Shown piece by piece: positions 1-8,136 of a DNA stretch of 64,000 bases (position 1 is the stretch's first letter; each line of letters opens with the position of its first letter). The DNA is from an uncultured bacterium (GTDB lineage: Bacteria > Krumholzibacteriota > Krumholzibacteriia > LZORAL124-64-63), in NCBI GenBank assembly GCA_963727525.1, contig CAVSGO010000003.1, positions 128,001 through 192,000 of the forward strand. The letters are read 5' to 3'. Under the pieces are notes generated by a model. It saw only the letters and a program-made list of their open reading frames with translations. It had not been told where the DNA came from and searched no databases. A program made the translations under genes and the position numbers.

Positions 1-2434
1 CCAGCGGCAGGTCGACGGTGAACGTCGTGCCCACGCCGACCTCGCTGGTCACGTCGATCGTGCCATTCATGAATGTCACGAGCTGCTTCGAGATCGCCAG
101 TCCCAGGCCCGTGCCGCCGAATCGCCGCGTGTGCGACGCGTCGGCCTGCGTGAACTTCTCGAAGATCAGCGGCAACTTGTCGGCGGGTATTCCGATGCCG
201 GTATCGGCCACGACGAAGCGTACGCTGTCGGGCTGCTCGTGATCGCCAGGCAAGAACTGCACCGCCAGTTCCACGACGCCCGATTCCGTGAACTTGATGG
301 CGTTGTTCAGCAGGTTCATGAGGATCTGGCGCAAACGCACGGGATCGGCCACCACCTGACGCGGCAGGTCCGGCGCGAGCGAGTACACCAGCTCGAGCCC
401 ACGCTGCTCGGCGGGGTATGCCATCAGCGCCACGAGGTCGGCCAGCTGCGATGGCAGATCGACGGCGACGGTGTCGAGCGCCAGCTCGCCGGCCTCGATC
501 TTGGAGAAGTCGAGTACGTCGTTGATCACGCCCAGGAGCGTGGTGGCCGCGCTGTGCACCATCGTGAGGTACTGCTGCTGCTGGGACGTGGGATCGAGTC
601 CCTGGAGGATGTCGGCCAGGCCGATCACGGCGTTCAGCGGCGTGCGGATCTCATGGCTCATGTTCGCGAGGAACTCGCTCTTCGCGCGATTGCTCGCCCT
701 GGCGGCGTGCATCGCGTCCACGAGCTGCCCCTCGGTGACGTGGCGCGCGTGGGCGCCCACGAAGATGTCCACGAGCGCGCGCAGGATCGTCTCGTCAGCC
801 TCGCGCCATTCCCAGCCCGGCATGGCGTTCGCGAGACCCATGCTCCCCCAGAGGTGATCGTCACGGATCACCGGCACGATGAGCGCCGACTGCGCGCCGT
901 TGGCGCCCATGATGTCTCGCAGTTCGGCGGCCTCGATGGGCAGGTCGTCGATGCCGCGGATCGTGATGGCCGCGCCGTCGCGCATGGAGCCGAGCATCGC
1001 GTTGAGACCCGCGAGCGAGAACGTGGGCTTGCCGGTCATGGGACCGTCGCGGAGGGCGTAGATGCGCTCCACGCGGTCATTCTCGTAGTCGTTGCGATAG
1101 ACGAAGGCGAACTGCGCACGGCATGCGCGCGCCACCGTGGCCAGCGCTTCCTGCATGTGCGCGTCGAAGTTATCGCGGCGGCTGCGCAGGAGCACGCGCA
1201 ACGTGCGTGCGATCGTGCGCTGGATCGCGAGCCGGTCGGCGAGCGCCGTCTCCACGCGTTTGCGTGCCGTGACGTCGGTGGCCACGGTCAGCACGAGCGG
1301 CGGTGCGCCCGCGTCGCAATGCAGCAGCTTCTTCACGACGCGCAGCCAGCGCTTGCGCCCCGTGGCATCGCGGACCTCGAGATCCGTCTGGCGCTGTGGC
1401 GACCCCTCGCGCACGCGCCGATCGCTCTCCTGAACCCAGTGCGCGACTTCGGGATCGCGGATCAAGTGGCGAAGGTCTCCACTCTCGAACGTTCCCGACG
1501 AGACGCCCAGGAACCGCACGGCCTCGCGGTTGGCCAGCGCCACGCGCTCGTCGATGTCCCGTGCGATCACGAGGTCGGGGAGGCTATCGAGTACCTGCCG
1601 CACAAACGCCTGCTGCCGCGTGAATTCCGCCTCGGCAGCGCGCCGCGCCAGGTCCACGCTCAATCCGAAGATCGGCAGCAGGTTGCCAAACCAGAGCATG
1701 ATGCTCGGCACATTCGCCATGCTGAAGTCACCCTGTGGCGTGGCCACGAGGAGATAGATCTGGCCTACCGCCAGCGGCAGCAATCCTGCCACCGTCGCCA
1801 GGCTGAAGGCGAACGTTGCCGGCCGTCGCAGGTCGAGGCTCAGTAACAGGCCCACGGCCACGTAGATGACGAGCAGCCCCACTCTCGCGCCCGTGATCTG
1901 GGTATCGGAAAGCTCGTGCCTGCCCAGCATGCCGATATTCGCGGCGCTGAACGCGATCGTCATGGCGGCGAGCCCGACCAGCCACGTGCGCATGGGCAAG
2001 TGGGCGCGCGCACGGACCAACAACACACCCACGAGAAGCAGCAGGCCGCTCGCGAGCTGCGCGCGGGTAGTCGCCGCCGCGGCATCCAGGGCGAGGTTGC
2101 ATTCCGGCGATGGCAGCAACGGTCGGGGGATCACCTGCACCGCAGCCAGACTGGCGGCGAGCGCCAGCGTGAAGCCGAGCATGAGCGTGAACCGCTCGCG
2201 ATGCAGCGGCAGGAACCCGAAGATCAGCCCCAGCACGAGCGCACCCTGCACGAGCAGGATCACATCCACGCGTACGATCCCGTTAGCCCGACGATAGCCG
2301 GCGAACATGTCGCCGACACCGCCGTCGCGCAATCCGCGGAACGAGAAGCCGATGGCTTCCAGGACCCACGGCCCCGCCGCGCAGAGCACGGCGATGGCCA
2401 GCAGGATGAACACGAGTCGTCGCGAGGTCCGCAT
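1..2434 (-). CDS. Membrane-bound PAS/GAF sensor histidine kinase, probably hybrid; 3' end runs off the window
   Basis: Manual translation from ATG at 2434 (AGGAG RBS) gives a multi-TM N-terminus and a PAS-like segment (QVLDSLPDLVIARD...LANREA). It then shows H-box AKSEFLANMSHEIRTPLNAV, LDFSKIEAG, N-box RLRQILMNLLNNAIKFT and G-boxes VADTGIGI/GGTGLGLAI. It is missing from the ORF track because there is no stop inside the window. Confidence 0.92.
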   Translation of the reverse strand, partial: MRTSRRLVFILLAIAVLCAAGPWVLEAIGFSFRGLRDGGVGDMFAGYRRANGIVRVDVILLVQGALVLGLIFGFLPLHRERFTLMLGFTLALAASLAAVQVIPRPLLPSPECNLALDAAAATTRAQLASGLLLLVGVLLVRARAHLPMRTWLVGLAAMTIAFSAANIGMLGRHELSDTQITGARVGLLVIYVAVGLLLSLDLRRPATFAFSLATVAGLLPLAVGQIYLLVATPQGDFSMANVPSIMLWFGNLLPIFGLSVDLARRAAEAEFTRQQAFVRQVLDSLPDLVIARDIDERVALANREAVRFLGVSSGTFESGDLRHLIRDPEVAHWVQESDRRVREGSPQRQTDLEVRDATGRKRWLRVVKKLLHCDAGAPPLVLTVATDVTARKRVETALADRLAIQRTIARTLRVLLRSRRDNFDAHMQEALATVARACRAQFAFVYRNDYENDRVERIYALRDGPMTGKPTFSLAGLNAMLGSMRDGAAITIRGIDDLPIEAAELRDIMGANGAQSALIVPVIRDDHLWGSMGLANAMPGWEWREADETILRALVDIFVGAHARHVTEGQLVDAMHAARASNRAKSEFLANMSHEIRTPLNAVIGLADILQGLDPTSQQQQYLTMVHSAATTLLGVINDVLDFSKIEAGELALDTVAVDLPSQLADLVALMAYPAEQRGLELVYSLAPDLPRQVVADPVRLRQILMNLLNNAIKFTESGVVELAVQFLPGDHEQPDSVRFVVADTGIGIPADKLPLIFEKFTQADASHTRRFGGTGLGLAISKQLVTFMNGTIDVTSEVGVGTTFTVDLPL

Positions 2435-2474
2435 GGACGCTCCTGAAGGGTCGGTGGGGTTCGATTCCTGGGGA

Positions 2475-2501
2475 ATATCGGCGTTTTCGGCGCTTACATT
2501 A
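2475..2501 (-). promoter_or_regulatory. Putative sigma28 (FliA/WhiG-type) promoter of the sensor kinase
   Basis: Minus strand reads TAAT-N15-GCCGATAT, versus consensus TAAA-N15-GCCGATAA, 40 nt upstream of the ATG. Confidence 0.5.
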
Positions 2502-3014
2502 GTCAAGCCATGGGAAATCTTTAAGAAAGTCTTGGCCGAAGTCGTTCCCGTCAGCAGTGTCAGCTCGGCCACCTGAAGGGGAGATCAGCCATCATGACGT
2601 CAAGGACCCTCTGCGTCGGCGCCGTCGGTTGACCCCGATCGCCATACCGTCACACCGCGGCGACGCTTCGAGAGCGCGCCTGCGCCGCCCATTCGTCGCC
2701 ATCACCGGTGAGCTTGCGTTCCGGGCGCCCCCGCGCCGATCGGACCGTCCCTTGCAGTGCCCACCTCCGTGATCGACGGAGGCCGCGGGCCCGGTCGTCT
2801 CCGGCACCAGGAGACGGCCCCTGCGCGAGCGGATGCCACGGGACGTGCGCGACCCGAACCCTACACACGCTGGTTGCAGGGGTCGCCTGCCATCGCCCTG
2901 TCCGACGCCGCCCGGGCGACCCGCCGCTGCCCGGTGACGACCCGGCCGCGGCCTCCCGGCGATCATCCCACCGCGACCCTCGCCCTGGGCGACGCTGCCC
3001 CGGCGGGGGTGCTA

Positions 3015-3043
3015 TTGACGCTGCATGCCGTGTGTGGCATGAT
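3015..3043 (+). promoter_or_regulatory. Putative sigma70 promoter
   Basis: TTGACG-N17-CATGAT with a TGn extended -10. Confidence 0.5.
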
Positions 3044-3156
3044 CGCCGCACACGCCTCCTGCCGACCGGCGCCGGTCGGCATCCATCCCACGCGCGTCGT
3101 CCTCCCCGGCGAGCCGGCTCGTCAGGATCCGTCCGATCCCGGCGATGGAGGACATC

Positions 3157-5721
3157 ATGCGCCACGCACCGAGCTCGCACGAGCCCTGGAGCGCACCCGT
3201 CGATCCCGATCGCGTGCGTCACGCCTGCGCCGCGATTCTCGTCGCCGATATCGCGACGTCGCTCGCGGATGCGCGTACTTTGCTGGACGGCCTCGTTGAC
3301 ATCCCGCTGACCGATCGCGATCGCATCGGCGTGAGCAAGTCCACGAGCAGCAGCCTGATCACCGGATCGCCGCCGTCCGACCCCTTCGCGCGATGCGGAC
3401 CCTGGTTCCTCGTACCGGGCTGGCCGCGGCCGCTCGTGTGGGATGCCGTCAACCTCCTGCTGTACACGCTGCACAACACCTTTGCGCTCGACGCGGTGAC
3501 CCCCGTCGTGACCCAGGTGCGTGCCCGCGGTCTCGTGCCGGCGCACGAGGTGTTCCCTGACCTCGTGCGCGCGCAGGTCGCGTTGCGGCGCCATCGCCTC
3601 GACGAGGTCGCACAGATTCTCGACCCCATCATCACCACGCGGGTCGATCTGCCCCTTTCGCGCCGCGCCCTCACACTCGAACTGCGCGCGTTCGCGCTAT
3701 CGCTCCAGGGTCAGTCCCGCGAGGGCCGTGACATGCAGCGAGAGGCCGTGATGCTCTACCAGCTCGGCCACGACGCGTGGAGCGAGGCCGGCTCGATCGC
3801 CTTGCTCGGACTCTTCGAGCAGCACTCGTTCGATATCGCCGAAGGTGTCCGTCTGCTCACCGCGTCGCGCGTGATGCTCGAGGAACAGGGGCAGCGCTTC
3901 AACGCGTACCAGACGGCGTTCAATCTCGGCATCGCGCGCTACAAGCAGGGCCGCGTGTCCGAGTGCCTGCGCATCGTCGACGAGATCGAGGAGCCGCTGC
4001 GATGCAGTGGCATGCGGCAGGGCTGGCTACTCACCCGCCTCGTGCGCGCCAAGGCACTCATGGTGCGCGGCGACGCCGCCGACGCGAGCGCCGTGGCGGC
4101 CTCCGTCATCCCGACGGCCGACGAGCAGGGTTGGGCGCGCGAACGCGTCCTCGCCCTCGAGGTCATGGGTGACGCAGCGCTCCATCTCGGCATGCCGCGA
4201 CGCGCCCGCGAGCACTATAGCGATGCCTACGACCTCGCCGCCGAACGTGCGCCCCGCGGCGATCTGGTCGTGGGCCTCATGCGCCGCCTCGGGCAGGTGC
4301 ACCTCGTCGAGGGCTGCCCCGGCGAGGCCATTGCGATCCTGCGCAAGGCTCGGCAACTCGCCACGGAGGCGGGGGAGCTGTACGAGGAGGAGGTGGCGGG
4401 CCGCCTGCTCGCCGATGCGCAACGCCGCCTCGGCATGCTGGCCGACGCCTGGCGTACCGTACGCGAGGCCGAGGTGCGCGTTCGCGCGCACGGCGCAGAG
4501 CTGGAACTGGCGCGCACGCTCATCGAGGGCGCCCGCATCCAGTTCGCGTGGACCGACGCGCCCCACAACCTGGAGTCGGCGTGGAGCCTCGGTTCCGAGG
4601 CCCGCGATCACCTGGTGCAGCTCGCCGAGTTCCCTGTCGATCTCGCCATCTGCGAGACGCTTCTCGCCGACATCCGCACCCACTGGCACGCATCGCTGGT
4701 CTGGTCGGCACCCGCGGCCGCGACGCCACGCGCATCGATCAGCGCCGACGCCGTCGCCAGCGACACGTTCGTCGCCGTCTCGCCCCCGATGGTGCGCGTG
4801 GCCCAGCTCGTGGCTCTCGCCGCCGCTTCCGACGACGCCGTGCTCATCACCGGCGAGACGGGCACGGGCAAGGAGATGGTCGCCCGACGGATCCAGGAAC
4901 TGAGCCATCGCGCCGGCGCCCCCTTCGTGGCGGTGAACTGCGCCGCCGTCCCCGCCAACGTGTTCGAACGCGAGTTCTTCGGCCATGCCCGGGGCGCCTA
5001 CACGGGCGCCGACACCGACGCCCCCGGCCTCGTCGAACGCGCCGCCGGCGGCACCCTGCTACTGGACGAGGTGGGGGAGTTGCCGCCCGAGCTGCAGGCC
5101 AAGCTGCTACGCCTGGTCCAGGAACACACGTTCCGCCGCCTCGGCGAGACGCAGGAACGCCACGTGAGCCTGCGCATCCTGGCTGCCACCAACGCCGACC
5201 TGCTCACCCTCGTCGCCAGCGGCCACTTTCGCCAGGACCTGTACTTCCGCCTGCAAACCCTCGAGATCCATCTCCCCCCACTGCGGGACCGCGGCCCCGA
5301 CATCCCCGCCCTCGCCCGCCACTTCGCGCACGCGGCCCGCACCGGCTCGTCCGCCGCACCCGACCCCCGCACCATCCTCGGCGCCGACCTGTGGAACCTC
5401 CTGCCGAAATACGCGTGGCCCGGCAACATCCGCGAACTCGCCGGCCTCATCCGCCGCGCCTACCTCGTCCACCAGGTCGGCCGTCCCCTCACCGACGACA
5501 TGCTCCCCCGCGGCCTCCGCACCCTCCGCGCCACCCTCCAACCCGAACCGTCCGCCCCCCCACCCCCCGACCTCGCCTCCCAGATCCTCGACACCGAAGC
5601 CACCGCCATCCGCCACGCCCTCACCAAAGCCCACGGCAGCCGCACCGACGCCGCCCGACTGCTCGGCATCAGCCGCAAAAGCCTCTACAGCAAGCTGAAA
5701 CGCCTGGAAGACCCCCAGTGA
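3157..5721 (+). CDS. Sigma54-dependent Fis-family transcriptional activator with a long N-terminal TPR-like helical region
   Basis: Walker A GETGTGKE, AVNCAA, GAYTGA loop, Walker B LLLDEVGE, FRQDLYFRL, WPGNIREL and a C-terminal HTH (RTDAARLLGISRKSLYSKL). GGAGG RBS precedes ATG 3157; the ORF track starts at 3145. Confidence 0.93.
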   Translation: MRHAPSSHEPWSAPVDPDRVRHACAAILVADIATSLADARTLLDGLVDIPLTDRDRIGVSKSTSSSLITGSPPSDPFARCGPWFLVPGWPRPLVWDAVNLLLYTLHNTFALDAVTPVVTQVRARGLVPAHEVFPDLVRAQVALRRHRLDEVAQILDPIITTRVDLPLSRRALTLELRAFALSLQGQSREGRDMQREAVMLYQLGHDAWSEAGSIALLGLFEQHSFDIAEGVRLLTASRVMLEEQGQRFNAYQTAFNLGIARYKQGRVSECLRIVDEIEEPLRCSGMRQGWLLTRLVRAKALMVRGDAADASAVAASVIPTADEQGWARERVLALEVMGDAALHLGMPRRAREHYSDAYDLAAERAPRGDLVVGLMRRLGQVHLVEGCPGEAIAILRKARQLATEAGELYEEEVAGRLLADAQRRLGMLADAWRTVREAEVRVRAHGAELELARTLIEGARIQFAWTDAPHNLESAWSLGSEARDHLVQLAEFPVDLAICETLLADIRTHWHASLVWSAPAAATPRASISADAVASDTFVAVSPPMVRVAQLVALAAASDDAVLITGETGTGKEMVARRIQELSHRAGAPFVAVNCAAVPANVFEREFFGHARGAYTGADTDAPGLVERAAGGTLLLDEVGELPPELQAKLLRLVQEHTFRRLGETQERHVSLRILAATNADLLTLVASGHFRQDLYFRLQTLEIHLPPLRDRGPDIPALARHFAHAARTGSSAAPDPRTILGADLWNLLPKYAWPGNIRELAGLIRRAYLVHQVGRPLTDDMLPRGLRTLRATLQPEPSAPPPPDLASQILDTEATAIRHALTKAHGSRTDAARLLGISRKSLYSKLKRLEDPQ

Positions 5722-5782
5722 GAACCGGATTCAGCCCCCATCCGCGCCCCGGCCCCCCACCTGGTCGATAACCAGCCACACC

Positions 5783-5811
5783 TTGACGCCCCCCACCCCG
5801 TACGCTATATT
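5783..5811 (+). promoter_or_regulatory. Sigma70 promoter of tRNA-Asn
   Basis: TTGACG-N17-TATATT followed by a GC-rich discriminator, about 70 nt before the tRNA. Confidence 0.7.
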
Positions 5812-5882
5812 GCCCGTCCGTTTCGGGCGCCTCCACACCCAGGACCACCCCCGGCCCCGAAACCCAACATCGCAAGACAGGC

Positions 5883-5957
5883 TCCTGCGTAGCTCAATGG
5901 TAGAGCATGCGGCTGTTAACCGCAGGGTTGTAGGTTCGAGCCCTACCGCAGGAGCCA
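5883..5957 (+). tRNA. tRNA-Asn (GTT)
   Basis: Acceptor stem TCCTGCG/CGCAGGA, D-arm AGCTCAATGGTAGAGC, anticodon GTT at 5915-5917, T-loop GGTTCGAG and encoded CCA. Confidence 0.97.
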
Positions 5958-6062
5958 ATCCATTTTCTGCGGTACCAGCCTCACAAGTAATATTCAACTG
6001 AGCGGTATGATTCGCGACGAATTCGCGTGGCTATAAGCGCGTGTCGTTGCGTGGTTAACGAG

Positions 6063-6424
6063 AGAGGTGGCCCCAGGAATTCGGACAGTGTGCTAAGGTG
6101 GCTCCCGCCCTTTGAACGAGAGGACAGGAGCAATGACCACACGACGCAGATTCTCCGCCGACTTCAAGGCCAAGGTCGCCCTCGAAGCGCTTGCCGGGGC
6201 CTTGACGATGGCCGAGCTCTCGGCTAAGCACGGCGTTCACCCGAACATGATCAGTCAGTGGAAACGGCGGGCTCAAGAGAGCCTGCCCGAGCTGTTCGCC
6301 AAGAAGGCGGACCGGACCGAGGCGGCGAAGGACGCCGAGCTCAAGGAACTCCATGCCAAGATCGGGAAGCTCTCCGTGGAAAACGATTTTTTGTCCAAAG
6401 CCTTCGGCCGATGAGTCGTGCCGA
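6063..6424 (+). mobile_element. IS3-family remnant: left-end-like sequence plus orfA, with orfB lost after its first codons
   Basis: GAGGTGGCCCCAGGAATTCGGACAG resembles an IS3-type left end. orfA follows and overlaps an ATGA start (MSRAD), which immediately loses transposase character. Confidence 0.75.
6133..6414 (+). CDS. IS3-family transposase OrfA (HTH_Tnp_1-like)
   Basis: RRRFSADFKAKVALEAL...AELSAKHGVHPNMISQWK...ELHAKIGKLSVENDFLSKA; AGGAG RBS. Confidence 0.9.
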   Translation: MTTRRRFSADFKAKVALEALAGALTMAELSAKHGVHPNMISQWKRRAQESLPELFAKKADRTEAAKDAELKELHAKIGKLSVENDFLSKAFGR

Positions 6425-6497
6425 CAACACGTTCGCAGTAGCCATTCTGCCACGGGGAATGGGCGCCGATCGCCTTCTGCTCGATGCCCTTGAAGCC
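6417..6497 (-). pseudogene. Fragment of an integrase-core (rve) transposase
   Basis: Minus-strand peptide GIEQKAIGAHSPWQNGYCERVVGT matches the conserved SPWQNxxxER motif that carries the catalytic Glu. Confidence 0.75.
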
Positions 6498-6688
6498 AGG
6501 TCCGTCCTCGCAGTGACCGGGAGAGCGGTGAGCGACCGCGCGCCGGGATCCGCGTGATGGCGTGGTCGCGTTGTCACCATCGGGAGCCACGGCCGTAGAG
6601 TCTCGCGTCCGGCGCCGACGGTCGCGGCATCGTTGCGCACCGTGTCGTCGGCCACGGCGTGTCACACGATTTCCCGAACGGAGCTGCG

Positions 6689-8059
6689 ATGTCTACCCCT
6701 CTGCGCCGGTTTCTCTCGCTCATCCTCCTTCCCTTGCTCCTGACCACCATCTCCCCGTGCCAGGCGGCCACGACGCCGAGCCGCGACGACGTGGTGCGCG
6801 GCCACGCCCGGGCGCTGGAAGAATCAGCCACGCACAGCCTCGACGACCTGGTTGCCGAGTTCGAATCGACGCGGTTCTCGGATGCGTTCCTCGCCGAGAC
6901 CACGACGGGCGAACGCCGCGAGCTGCTGCATCAGGTGCAGCAGGCCGCGGCCGCGGCCGGCGGCGTGATGCTCGACGAACGCAATGGCGACATCGTCATG
7001 CGGCTGGAGGGCGAGCGTATCTACGAGGTCGTTTTCCGGGTCCTGGCGGCGCTGCCTTACGCCATCGACGCGCTGCGCGTCGACGACGTGACCGACGGGG
7101 ACGAGGCGCTGACGTTGACGCCGGACAACGTGGCCGGGACGTTTCAGCAACTGGCTGCCGACGGTCTTCGCGCCGTGGTGTCGGTGCGCCTCGGCGGCGA
7201 ACTCCGCCTCCGGGAGGCTTACGGCCTGGTCGATCCGGCGCGCGGCTTGCCGATGTCACTGGACTCGGCCTTCTGTATCGGGTCCACGCCCATCGATTTC
7301 ACCGTCGCGGCGATCCTGCTGCTGGATCAGGAGGGCGCGCTCGACCTGGACGATCCCGTGAGCCGGTGGTTTCCTCACGTCCCTGCTGACAAGGCGGGGT
7401 TGACCATCCGCCACCTGCTGGAAGGACGCTCGGGGCTGCCGGACTTCTTCGACACGCCGGGCGACTGGGATCCCGACCTGGCCTGGGTCGACCGCGCGAC
7501 GGCGGAGCAACGCATCCTGTCGGCGCCCGTACTCTTTGTGCCGGGCGAGGGACGCGCGCACTCGCACGCGGCCTTCGTACTGCTGGCAGCGCTCATCGAG
7601 CGCGCTAGCGGCCAGGACTACCTCACCTTCCTGTCGCGGCGCATCTTCACGCCGGCGCACATGACGCGCACGGGCCCCTACGGCGACGCGCTCGGCCTGA
7701 CGCTGGACGACTTCGCCGTCGGCGCCGGCCCGTCGTTCGTGGGGCTCCCGAACATCCCGCCCAACTGGGGTCCTACCTCGTGGCTGGTCATGGGCAGCGG
7801 CGGCATGGTGTCCACGCTGGACGACCTGCTGAACTTCTACGCCTTCATGCGCGGTGGTGCGCTGCTCGACGACCAGCATGCCAGCCACTATCGCGGGGCC
7901 GGCGTGGGCGTCGGCGGCTCGGACCGGGGCTACTACGTCTTCCACGCCTACCGGGGCGACGACGACGAGGTGCTCCTGCTGGCCGCGGGCGAGGGGCGGG
8001 CCGAACCGCTCCGCCGGCTCTCGCGCGCGCTGGAGCAACTGGTCGACAGCGCGCCGTGA
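6689..8059 (+). CDS. Secreted serine hydrolase of the beta-lactamase/AmpC-like fold, with atypical catalytic motifs
   Basis: Signal peptide (CQA-A), FCIGSTPIDFT, LDLDDPVSRWFP, LTIRHLLEGRSGLPD, PGEGRAHSHAAFVLLAALIE, GSGGMVSTLDDL. Confidence 0.85.
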   Translation: MSTPLRRFLSLILLPLLLTTISPCQAATTPSRDDVVRGHARALEESATHSLDDLVAEFESTRFSDAFLAETTTGERRELLHQVQQAAAAAGGVMLDERNGDIVMRLEGERIYEVVFRVLAALPYAIDALRVDDVTDGDEALTLTPDNVAGTFQQLAADGLRAVVSVRLGGELRLREAYGLVDPARGLPMSLDSAFCIGSTPIDFTVAAILLLDQEGALDLDDPVSRWFPHVPADKAGLTIRHLLEGRSGLPDFFDTPGDWDPDLAWVDRATAEQRILSAPVLFVPGEGRAHSHAAFVLLAALIERASGQDYLTFLSRRIFTPAHMTRTGPYGDALGLTLDDFAVGAGPSFVGLPNIPPNWGPTSWLVMGSGGMVSTLDDLLNFYAFMRGGALLDDQHASHYRGAGVGVGGSDRGYYVFHAYRGDDDEVLLLAAGEGRAEPLRRLSRALEQLVDSAP

Positions 8060-8136
8060 AACCGGCTGGTCCGTTTATTCGTACAGTTTCGGTCTGAAAT
8101 CATCGCCCCCATCGACGCGCGCGAAGGAGAAACGGC

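Noticed and set aside
131-1846. 571-aa plus-strand ORF, and similar long shadow ORFs such as 18099-20615, 24141-25958 and 55144-56730
   Set aside because: They are antisense to clearly recognisable genes and have no motifs; this is expected in high-GC DNA.
2452-2470. GGGGTTCGATTCC resembling a tRNA T-arm
   Set aside because: No acceptor, D or anticodon arms can be built, and it does not match the tRNA-Asn 3' end.
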